Source: Nevskiaceae bacterium
GTDB taxonomy: Bacteria > Pseudomonadota > Gammaproteobacteria > Nevskiales > Nevskiaceae
Assembly (NCBI GenBank): GCA_008012115.1
Contig: SSEB01000010.1
Coordinates: 47,407 to 111,406 of the forward strand
DNA length: 64,000 nucleotides
Reading direction: 5' to 3'
In this document: piece after piece, positions 8,591 through 16,577 of the stretch
How positions within the stretch are numbered: position 1 is the stretch's first letter
How the letters are laid out: each line of letters begins with the position of its first letter
Position numbers and translations under genes: made by a program
The notes under the pieces: model-generated
Seen by the model: only the letters and a program-made list of their open reading frames with translations
Told to the model about the DNA's origin: nothing
Database searches by the model: none

Positions 8591-10740
8591 ATTTCGGGTC
8601 ATGGCGCGTCCTCGACCAGCTCCCGGCCGAGGAGCCGTGCCTGGGCGCGCTTTTCACGTCCTACAGCTTCGATCCCGCCTTCTTCGAGGAGCACGTTCTT
8701 CGAGCCGTGCTTCGACTCACTTCGGATCCGATCGAGCAGGCCGAGCGCTACCACCACGAGGCCAGACGAGCCCTGCAAGAAACCCCCGTCGTCGCCATCG
8801 TCGATGCCGGTGAGCGCCGACCCGGCCGGCGCCTGCCATTCGACCTACTCGAGGTCTCGGAGGCGGTATTCCATCCGAAATCCGTACTACTGCTCTATCG
8901 CAAATTCGCTAGGTTGCTCATCGGCTCGGGAAACCTCACATTCTCCGGCTACGGCGGCAACACCGAGCTGTTTCTGCGCACGGATCTGTCGTACACCAAT
9001 GCCACCGACGCTTCGATGCTGGCGGCATTCGACACCCACCTGGGACGAATACGCGCCTTGGTCAGGCATCCGGGGACGCAGTTCGATCTATTCCGCCAGG
9101 AGATGCGTCGGCGAATTCCCAATGCCGTCGCGGATCCGGTATCGCCGGCCCTTGCGCTTCTGGATTCGACCGGCGGACCCGTCATCCAGCAGTTGGCGGC
9201 GCTGCTGCCGGCGAACGCGGTCATCGAGTCTATCGGCATGCTCGCGCCGTTCTACGAACGAGACGACGCAGCGGAACTCGACGTGACTTCCGTGTTCGGG
9301 GCACTCGCGCCCCAAGCGGGTAAGGATGCGCTGCTCGATGTCGGTGTCGCGTGGGATAACCCGCAGGTCCATGCATCAAGCGCGTCGAGCCTGGAAGGCG
9401 GCCTGGGTCGCATCTGGACGTGGGCAACCGAGAAGGACGGGGCGCGCGTGCTCCAGCATATGGTTCCCACCGGCCTGGGTCCAAACACGCTCGCCTACGT
9501 CGATGACACCGGCCAGGGCCGCCGCGGTCCGCTTGACGAGGTGCAGGACGCCATCGAGCAGCGCAATCTGTGGGTCCAGCCGCCGCCGATTGCGTTCGCG
9601 CCCCGCAACGCGATTGCCGCTGCCGCGAAACGTTTTGCGGAAGTTCGCTTGTGGCTGCACCCCGCCACTCGACTCGACGAGGGGCGGCCCGTGCACCGGC
9701 CACTGCACGCGAAGCTGATGGTCGTTGCCTACCGTTCCGGTCGCACGCGTGAATCCTTGGTGATGCTGGGCTCGCCTAACATGTCGCGCCGAGCACTGCT
9801 CATGGGCGCCGGAACCGGCGCGGGCAACGTCGAGATCGCGGTCGCATTTCGCTTGGACTCGGTCGTTACCTTGCGCGACCTCGTCCCGGAGCTCGTTCAT
9901 GCCCCCGCCTCGGCATTCGAACTCAAGGAGCGGGACTTCCCCGAACCTGCGCGCAACTACGCCTTGGCAGTCGACCGCGCCGTTCACGACCCGACCGCAG
10001 GCTCGCTGGTGGTGAGCTGGTCACCGGCGGCATCCGACCTTCCGGCCTGGCGCCTGTCGTACGACGGCACCCAACTGGCGACCTCAACCTCGCCACCCGA
10101 TGCCCCGATCGTCGTTCCTGGATTCGTCCTGAAACCGTCGACGGCCGAAATCGTGCTCCACGTCGATGGGCGGGATTGTCCTGTGCCGATTCTCGTCACC
10201 GACCTCGTGGCATTGCCAGCCGCCCCTTCCGGACCCTCGATCGGACTCGACGAACTGCTGATGCTGCTCGGCCGAAGAATCGGCGCCGAGCGAGCAATTC
10301 AGATCGCAGAACGCCGCGAGCGCGACCCTGGCGGCAATGACGAGCTCGCTGCGATTTTCGGAGACGGCTTCGGTCCTACCGACGTCTTTCGTGCGTGGTG
10401 GTCTGTTGCCGACGATTTGAGAGACCCGAGCCTTTCGGTGCAGGGATTCCGACTTCGCCTCGAAGGCGCACTCGGCGCAGGAGCAGCATGGGCCTGCATG
10501 CTCGATGCAGTGAAGGCCAAACCCCTGACCCCGGAAGAAATTTGGTTCTACGGCGCCGAACTGCTCCGAACGTTGGGCGAGGTGGACATGCCACCCGCCG
10601 AAGATCGCGACGCCAAGGATGCTGTGTTGAAGACGTTCTGCGCCCGCGTGCGAGATGATCTGCGTTCTCTTGCCATCGATGCTGGCCCCCGACCCTGGGT
10701 AGAAAGAATCACGGCTTTCTATCGCGAGGCTCAGGCATGA
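8587..10740 (+). CDS. phospholipase-D-superfamily nuclease-like protein with two HxK...GSxN half-sites
   Basis: FHPKSVLLLY...LLIGSGNLT (aa about 96-117) and LHAKLMVVAY...VMLGSPNMS (aa about 374-398). This is the BfiI/NgoFVII-style HxK without the conserved Asp. A roughly 320-aa C-terminal extension is unassigned. Confidence 0.75.
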   Translation: MNFGSWRVLDQLPAEEPCLGALFTSYSFDPAFFEEHVLRAVLRLTSDPIEQAERYHHEARRALQETPVVAIVDAGERRPGRRLPFDLLEVSEAVFHPKSVLLLYRKFARLLIGSGNLTFSGYGGNTELFLRTDLSYTNATDASMLAAFDTHLGRIRALVRHPGTQFDLFRQEMRRRIPNAVADPVSPALALLDSTGGPVIQQLAALLPANAVIESIGMLAPFYERDDAAELDVTSVFGALAPQAGKDALLDVGVAWDNPQVHASSASSLEGGLGRIWTWATEKDGARVLQHMVPTGLGPNTLAYVDDTGQGRRGPLDEVQDAIEQRNLWVQPPPIAFAPRNAIAAAAKRFAEVRLWLHPATRLDEGRPVHRPLHAKLMVVAYRSGRTRESLVMLGSPNMSRRALLMGAGTGAGNVEIAVAFRLDSVVTLRDLVPELVHAPASAFELKERDFPEPARNYALAVDRAVHDPTAGSLVVSWSPAASDLPAWRLSYDGTQLATSTSPPDAPIVVPGFVLKPSTAEIVLHVDGRDCPVPILVTDLVALPAAPSGPSIGLDELLMLLGRRIGAERAIQIAERRERDPGGNDELAAIFGDGFGPTDVFRAWWSVADDLRDPSLSVQGFRLRLEGALGAGAAWACMLDAVKAKPLTPEEIWFYGAELLRTLGEVDMPPAEDRDAKDAVLKTFCARVRDDLRSLAIDAGPRPWVERITAFYREAQA

Positions 10741-13628
10741 GCGCTCGAAACCGCGAATGGCTGCGTACCTTTCTGCGCCTGGGAGCACGTGCGGAGAAAG
10801 ACGGTATTCCGATCGCGGACGTGGAGCGTCAGGAGGACACTGTCATCCGGGCGCTCGACATGCTCGACGACCGACCAGGCATCGTGCTTGCCGACGAGGT
10901 GGGAATGGGCAAGACCTACGAGGCGCTCGGAATCGCGGCCGCTGCACGCCATTCGAACCGACGCAGCCGAATCGTCGTCGTGACTCCGGGCCCCGACCTC
11001 AACACAAAGTGGTTTTCGGAGTTCTCTCGGTTCCGGGAGATGTACGACTTCGGTGACGACGTCGTTGCCGTCAGCAGCCTCGCGGAATTCGTTCACACCA
11101 TTCGCAAGCATCCCGTCGTGGTCGCGCCGGTGACGATGTTCCAGAGCGGCCGTGGTTCGGGCGCGCAGACATTCTTGCTATCGCTCTACTTTCATTGGAA
11201 GCAGCTCCACGGTCACACGGCGAATGCGATCATGGCGCGCTTTCGCGATGGCGCCCACGACCGCGTCGACGTCCGCACCGAGAAGTTTCTGGACGCCTTC
11301 ACCTTGGATCAACTCGAACCCCATCTTCAGGCGGCATTTCGTCGCGGACGGTCAGGTGGTGCCGCCGGGCTGGACGACCTGTATGACGCAGCCGGGTTGC
11401 AGGCATTCGACAACCAGGACGCCGTGCGCGCCGCGCTCTATCGAGCCCGATTTGTGCTGACGGGAAAATTGATGCCGATGCTCGATCTCCTGATCGTGGA
11501 CGAAGCGCACAAACTCAAGAATCCCGGATCGCTTCGGACGGACGCTATGCGCCGCGTCTTCCACAGGCGGTTCCGCAAGGCGTTGTTCTTGACGGCGACG
11601 CCGTTCCAGCTCGACGTTGCCGAATTGCGGGAAGTGTTCCGCATCTTCGCCGGCGCCGAGGACGCGCCCAAAGACCTCGAAAGCCAGGTGGAGGAATTGC
11701 TCGCTGCGGTTGCCGACTATCAAGCGCAGTACGAGGCGTTTCAGCAGACATGGTGCGCGCTGGATCCTGCCGTGGCGGCCGAGTTCCGCACGCTTTACGA
11801 CAACCAGCCTACCGCCCTCGAAGCCATCGAGGTGCCTTCGCTGCAGCTGATTACCAAGCAGGTGGCTGCCCTGAAGGCTCTCAAGACCCAAGCGATCGAG
11901 CCCGGCTTCCGCAAGTGGATGATCCGGAGCCTGCGCGAGGACAAGCGGACCTATCGTGCGCATCTGCGAAGGCCCATCCTCGCGGCGGGGGCCGGGGCGT
12001 TCCCCTTCTTGATCTATGAGCGCTTCATCGCCGAGCTGTTTCGGAGGCAGCGCCAGACGCACAAGGCGGCGGTCGAAATCAACATGGTCTCGTCATTCGC
12101 GGCGGCGCGGCAGGGAACGATCCTGTCCACGACGGATGGCATACCTGCGGAAGCCGAGGTTTACCGGCAACTGCTGCGCGAGGTCCTCGGCGACATCGAA
12201 ATGTGCGGCCATGACCATCCCAAGATTTCCGACGCTATCACCGATGCCCTGGATGCCGCTGATCGTGGCGAGAAGACTCTGATCTTTTGCTCGCGTGTCG
12301 CAACGCTTGAGCAGCTGCGGCGCGAGCTGGACGCAACATGGGAGTCCAGAATCCTGGAGCGGTGGCAACGCGTCTACCCTGGGACCGGCGCGACCGACAT
12401 CTTCGATACCCGGGAAGACGACGACAAACGACAACGCGGCCGGCATTCACTGCTGCAGGCGCGATTCCATCGTCCCCAGGATGCTCTCTATCTCGCATTG
12501 CGAGAGCCCTACTTGCGTACCATCGTCTCCACTGCGGAATGGGCACTCGCGCACCTGCCTGCCGTCGTGGAGGAGGCCAATCGCATCCTGGCCGGACTGC
12601 GGCTCGGCAAGACGTCGGCGGAGCGTCTCGATTACCAGGTCGCCAGACGCTGCGTGGAGCAAGCCGCTGCGCGGCTATCCGCCTCTGCAGGGGCAATTCC
12701 CGCTGCCGAGCGAGATGCGGTTGACCATCTGCTCAACGTGGACTACGTCAAGCTCGGCCTCGATCTGGCGCACGATGAATTCGAGAACGATTCGATCGGG
12801 ACCGAGGCTCCTCAGTGGCATATCACCGAGCGTGTTGCCCAGACAGTCGTCGGTACCCCGGGTTCGATCTGGGAGAGGCACACTGACCTCCTCGGCGCCC
12901 TTTCGCCAGTGTTGCGCGTCAGGGTCGTCGAACAGCTTGCGCGATACCTAACCTACAAGCAGGTTCCGTTTCTGGCGGATCTGCTCACGGAGGCCAAGGC
13001 CGCCGGCGCCCCCCTCGATCCAGTGGAATCGTCCAGCGTGCTGGATCTCATGCCCACCTTCTGGGAATCGGCTCCGGGCCGACGGTGGTTGGAGCAGATC
13101 GGGGCCTTTCTGCGCTATTTCCTCCAGCGCGATCCTCGCCAGCAACTCGAGATCCTGGACGGGCCCATCAAGACCGGGGATTTCGCTCGGCACACGCGCG
13201 ATGGCGAAAGCCGCGAGCGGCTCCGGGAAGCCTTCAACACCCCGCTCTATCCCATGATCCTGATCGCGAACGAAGTCATGCAGGAGGGACTCGACTTGCA
13301 CAAGCATTGCCGTCGGATCGTGCACCACGATCTCGTCTGGAATCCGGCGCAGGTCGAGCAGCGGATTGGGCGCATCGACCGCCTGGGATCGCTGACCAGC
13401 CGCCTCCGAAAGAACGGCTCCGACATCACGCTGGACGTGCTGTACCCGGTCATACGCGGCACGATCGACGAACGTCTGTTCCGAACCGTGAAGACCAGGG
13501 AAAAGTGGCTCGAATTCCTGCTGGGCGCGCCGCCGAATTTCTCCGACTACAGCTTTACCGACGAGGTGCCTCCCCCGCTACCTGAAAAGTTGAGTGCGGA
13601 CCTGGCGGTCGATCTCGGGCCGCGCTGA
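10737..13628 (+). CDS. SNF2-family (DEAH) helicase/translocase
   Basis: Motif I LADEVGMGKTYEA, motif II LLIVDEAHKLKN (about 11491-11520), motif III LFLTATPFQL, C-terminal lobe LIANEVMQEGLDLHKHCRRIVHHDLVWNPAQVEQRIGRIDRLGS. Start overlaps the upstream stop (ATGA at 10737-10740). Confidence 0.9.
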   Translation: MSARNREWLRTFLRLGARAEKDGIPIADVERQEDTVIRALDMLDDRPGIVLADEVGMGKTYEALGIAAAARHSNRRSRIVVVTPGPDLNTKWFSEFSRFREMYDFGDDVVAVSSLAEFVHTIRKHPVVVAPVTMFQSGRGSGAQTFLLSLYFHWKQLHGHTANAIMARFRDGAHDRVDVRTEKFLDAFTLDQLEPHLQAAFRRGRSGGAAGLDDLYDAAGLQAFDNQDAVRAALYRARFVLTGKLMPMLDLLIVDEAHKLKNPGSLRTDAMRRVFHRRFRKALFLTATPFQLDVAELREVFRIFAGAEDAPKDLESQVEELLAAVADYQAQYEAFQQTWCALDPAVAAEFRTLYDNQPTALEAIEVPSLQLITKQVAALKALKTQAIEPGFRKWMIRSLREDKRTYRAHLRRPILAAGAGAFPFLIYERFIAELFRRQRQTHKAAVEINMVSSFAAARQGTILSTTDGIPAEAEVYRQLLREVLGDIEMCGHDHPKISDAITDALDAADRGEKTLIFCSRVATLEQLRRELDATWESRILERWQRVYPGTGATDIFDTREDDDKRQRGRHSLLQARFHRPQDALYLALREPYLRTIVSTAEWALAHLPAVVEEANRILAGLRLGKTSAERLDYQVARRCVEQAAARLSASAGAIPAAERDAVDHLLNVDYVKLGLDLAHDEFENDSIGTEAPQWHITERVAQTVVGTPGSIWERHTDLLGALSPVLRVRVVEQLARYLTYKQVPFLADLLTEAKAAGAPLDPVESSSVLDLMPTFWESAPGRRWLEQIGAFLRYFLQRDPRQQLEILDGPIKTGDFARHTRDGESRERLREAFNTPLYPMILIANEVMQEGLDLHKHCRRIVHHDLVWNPAQVEQRIGRIDRLGSLTSRLRKNGSDITLDVLYPVIRGTIDERLFRTVKTREKWLEFLLGAPPNFSDYSFTDEVPPPLPEKLSADLAVDLGPR

Positions 13629-13672
13629 TTGCGCAGCAGCAGTGACGTGGTCGACGCCAGGCCGGGCCAAGT

Positions 13673-14278
13673 TCAGACGCCGGCGACTCTGAAATATCCG
13701 ATGATGCAGTCTGGATTGCGCACGGCGATCTGCACGTGAGTGCGCTTCTTGAAGCCGGCACCCGGATAAAGCTCCTCACCTTCTTCGAAGACGCCGTATA
13801 CGGTGTCGTAGGGGTCGAGTTCGGCCTCTTCACGGAGCTCGTGCACGGTCTTGATGACGGCACAATCCAGCGACCGCCGCAGAAAAACGCCGCTGGCCTG
13901 ATGCGTGTTCTTCGGAAGGTCAGCCTTGGCCTTGGCTGCGGCACTGGCGAGAAACTTGTGAGCGTCGGCCAACTCCTGCATCACCCCGTAGTCGGTGAGG
14001 TTGAGGCACAAGCCCGGGTGAATCAGGGCGCCGATCACAAAGGGCGTCTTGACGCTTGGGGTTTTGGTCTTGCCACGCTTGCGCTGACTGAGTTCCTGCG
14101 CCCAAGCAAGTCCGCGCTCCGGGCTATCGACCCAGAAGTAAGTCCCGGGCCCGAGCCAGTCGTACTCGTTCTCACTTGGCTTGAGCTTGGCCTTGCCGGC
14201 AAGAACCGATTCACCGACTGCTTCGTCACACCCGTGGAAGGCCACGAACGGGCCGAGGGTGTGCTTGGAACGACTCAA
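13673..14278 (-). CDS. hypothetical protein with ADP-ribosyltransferase-like motifs (possibly DUF3990-like toxin)
   Basis: VAFHGCDEAV, then LGPGTYFWVDSPERGLAWA (compare PARP-type HG[ST] and GxGxYF), and C-terminal THVQIAVRNPDCIIGYF. Assigned by motif resemblance only. Confidence 0.55.
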   Translation of the reverse strand: MSRSKHTLGPFVAFHGCDEAVGESVLAGKAKLKPSENEYDWLGPGTYFWVDSPERGLAWAQELSQRKRGKTKTPSVKTPFVIGALIHPGLCLNLTDYGVMQELADAHKFLASAAAKAKADLPKNTHQASGVFLRRSLDCAVIKTVHELREEAELDPYDTVYGVFEEGEELYPGAGFKKRTHVQIAVRNPDCIIGYFRVAGV

Positions 14279-14433
14279 CGGTAGTTGGCCGCCAGTTTGC
14301 CGCTCTTCGTGATGATGCCGGCTTTCACGAGAAATTTGACGGAGCGCTCACGGTCCTTCTGAACCTCGCGCGCAACGTCACGCGCCTGCTTGGGCAGGAC
14401 TTTGGCGGAGGCTTTGGTCACGACTGCGTTCAT
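14275..14433 (-). CDS. small basic protein coupled to the ART-like gene (putative antitoxin or partner)
   Basis: 52 aa: MNAVVTKASAKVLPKQARDVAREVQKDRERSVKFLVKAGIITKSGKLAANYR. Its stop overlaps the downstream ATG by 4 nt (14275-14278). An alternative start at 14457 is possible. Confidence 0.4.
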   Translation of the reverse strand: MNAVVTKASAKVLPKQARDVAREVQKDRERSVKFLVKAGIITKSGKLAANYR

Positions 14434-14728
14434 GTGGCGAGTATACCGACTTACCATCCCACCGACCAGACTGTATGCCAATCGTGAACAAGGAGCAGGG
14501 CCTTCGTGCCGGACGGCCAGGCCCCGCTGGGCGTCTTCATTTGAAGTCTGTGCCTCTCGCCCTCCGGACGCGGGTTCAGTTCCGCCGTCCGGAATCGAAT
14601 TGACGTTCGGCGCTGGGGCACGCCGGAGACCGTGCATCAAGGCGCCCCACGTAACTCCGCAATACTTCGCGAGATTCCGTTATTCTCCCGAGTTGAGAGG
14701 GGCGGTTCGTCCTCGACGGACTTCTCCA

Positions 14729-14812
14729 CCACCAACATGGTGATGCGACCAACCACCGCTGCCCAAACCTGACGCTGCGCGTCACGGACTTGGCGGCGGT
14801 GGTTTTTTATTG
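14729..14812 (+). repeat. attR-like direct repeat with orphan ssrA-type terminator
   Basis: Identical 35-mer at 14729-14763. A hairpin (inner stem TGACGC/GCGTCA) plus GGCGGCGGTGGTTTTTT follows at 14787-14808. No + strand gene reads into it. Confidence 0.85.
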
Positions 14813-14965
14813 GCGCCTGCCGGATATAACGACCCCAACGGCCCGCTCGGCTGGTAGCGAGCGCCGCGGCGCAACCTGATTGCTGGAAATGCCGTATGCG
14901 ATGCATCGGCAACTGCAAGCTGTCCCGTCAGGCCGGCGGGCTGAGCGCAACAGGAAGACTCGTGC

Positions 14966-16543
14966 ATGGACAGTACCGCCCTCGTCTGGTTCAAACGCGA
15001 TCTGCGGCTCGCTGACCATGCGCCGCTGGCAGAGGCGGCCCGGTTTCCCCGCGCCGCCGCCGTGTTCATCGTGGAACCGTCATGGCTGGCGAGCGCCGAG
15101 TTCGATCCTGCCCACCTCGCCTTCGCCTTGGGCTGTGTCGATGAACTGCGGCAGACGCTCGCGCAGCGTGGCCTGCCCCTCCTGATCGAGCACGGCGAGG
15201 CGGTGGCGGTGTTGCGGCGGCTGCACCAAACCCTGGGATTCCGCGACTTGCTCAGCCACGAGGAGACCGGCGCCGCCTGGAGCTGGGCACGGGATCGCGC
15301 CGTCGCCCGCTGGTGTGCGCAGCACGACGTGCGCTGGCGCGAGTGGCCGCAAACCGGCGTGGTGCGGCGTCTGGGCTCCCGCGACGGCTGGGCGCGCCGC
15401 TGGCACCAGCGCATGTCCGCAGTACGACTTCCGCCGCCGCAGCGCTTCTCGCCGGCGATGTCTATCAACCCCGCGCCGACAGCGACCCCCGCGACGTTCG
15501 GCCTCGCGCCGGAACACCGCGCCACTCCAGTGCCGGGAGAGCGAGCGGCGCAGCAAACCCTGCAGGAATTCCTCGATCATCGCGGGCGCGGCTACCGGCG
15601 CGGGTTGTCGAGCCCCGTCACCGCGCCGCACTGCTGCAGCCGCCTGAGCACCCACCTCAGCTTCGGCACGCTGTCGATGCGCGAGGTGTACCAGGCCACG
15701 GCCGGCCGCATCGCGTCGCTCGGGCGCAGCGCCGCGGCCCCCGACCGGGCGCTGGCGCAGGACCTGCGGGCGTTTGCCGGACGACTGCGTTGGCACTGTC
15801 ATTTCATGCAGAAGCTCGAGGACGAGCCGGCCATCGAGTGGCGCAACCTCGCCACGATCTACGACGGCCTGCGTCCCGGCGATGATCGTGGCGCAGCGTT
15901 GAACGCGGCCCGCAGCGCCGTGCAGGAGGCGCGCGGCCACGACCCGGTGTTCGGCCAGGACGCGGCGCTGCTGCTGGACGACGAAGCCCGTCAGCGCTAT
16001 CGGGCGTGGTGCGAGGGCCGCACCGGCTACCCGATGGTCGATGCCTGCATGCGCTATCTGCGCGCGGGTGGCTGGCTCAATTTCCGCATGCGCGCGATGC
16101 TGGTCAGCTTCGCGGCCTATCACCTCTGGCTGCATTGGCGCGCGCCCGGCCAGTTTCTCGCACGCCAGTTCCTCGACTTCGAGCCGGGCATCCATTGGAG
16201 CCAGATGCAGATGCAGTCCGGCACCACCGGCATCAACACCCTGCGGATGTATTCGCCGAGCAAGCAGGCCCGTGATCACGATCCGGCGGGCGTGTTCGTG
16301 CGCCAATGGTTACCCGAATTCGGCACGGCGGCGTATCCCGCGCCGATCGTCGATGAGAAAGCCGCGCTGGTTCATGCACAGCAACGCCTGTACGGCCTGC
16401 GTCGCCGCGATGAGGCGCGCGAGGAGGCCGACCGCATCCAGGCGCGTCACGGCTCACGGCGCAGCGGCTTGCCGCCGAGCGGCATGCGTCGCAAGGCCCG
16501 GAAGCCGCCAGCGGATACCGGACAAGGTCGGTTATTCGATTGA
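14966..16543 (+). CDS. cryptochrome/photolyase family protein
   Basis: N-terminal LVWFKRDLRLADHAPL. FAD-binding region with SRLSTHLSFGTLSMREVY, YPMVDACMRYLRAGGWLNFRMRAMLVSF and FLDFEPGIHWSQMQMQSGT. Confidence 0.85.
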   Translation: MDSTALVWFKRDLRLADHAPLAEAARFPRAAAVFIVEPSWLASAEFDPAHLAFALGCVDELRQTLAQRGLPLLIEHGEAVAVLRRLHQTLGFRDLLSHEETGAAWSWARDRAVARWCAQHDVRWREWPQTGVVRRLGSRDGWARRWHQRMSAVRLPPPQRFSPAMSINPAPTATPATFGLAPEHRATPVPGERAAQQTLQEFLDHRGRGYRRGLSSPVTAPHCCSRLSTHLSFGTLSMREVYQATAGRIASLGRSAAAPDRALAQDLRAFAGRLRWHCHFMQKLEDEPAIEWRNLATIYDGLRPGDDRGAALNAARSAVQEARGHDPVFGQDAALLLDDEARQRYRAWCEGRTGYPMVDACMRYLRAGGWLNFRMRAMLVSFAAYHLWLHWRAPGQFLARQFLDFEPGIHWSQMQMQSGTTGINTLRMYSPSKQARDHDPAGVFVRQWLPEFGTAAYPAPIVDEKAALVHAQQRLYGLRRRDEAREEADRIQARHGSRRSGLPPSGMRRKARKPPADTGQGRLFD

Positions 16544-16577
16544 GCGGCGCGGGAGCGCAAGTCCACCCCAATACTGA

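Larger units (their letters stand above)
6296..14812. mobile_element. genomic island integrated at the 3' end of ssrA, with no integrase visible
   Basis: Bounded by the duplicated tmRNA 3' end and terminator. The interior carries accessory genes (Cys/Arg-rich protein, unknown/PLD/SNF2 cassette, ART-like pair). Composition looks less GC-rich than the flanks by eye. Core genes resume right after attR. Confidence 0.75.

Noticed and set aside
7241-13628. Classifying the island cassette as DISARM, BREX or a Type I/III restriction-modification system
   Set aside because: No methyltransferase, DrmA/DrmB (DUF1998), PglZ or specificity subunit is present anywhere in the island. Only the PLD plus SNF2 pairing is shared, so a DISARM call is not justified. 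Resemblance to Azaca-type systems is kept as an unverified hypothesis.
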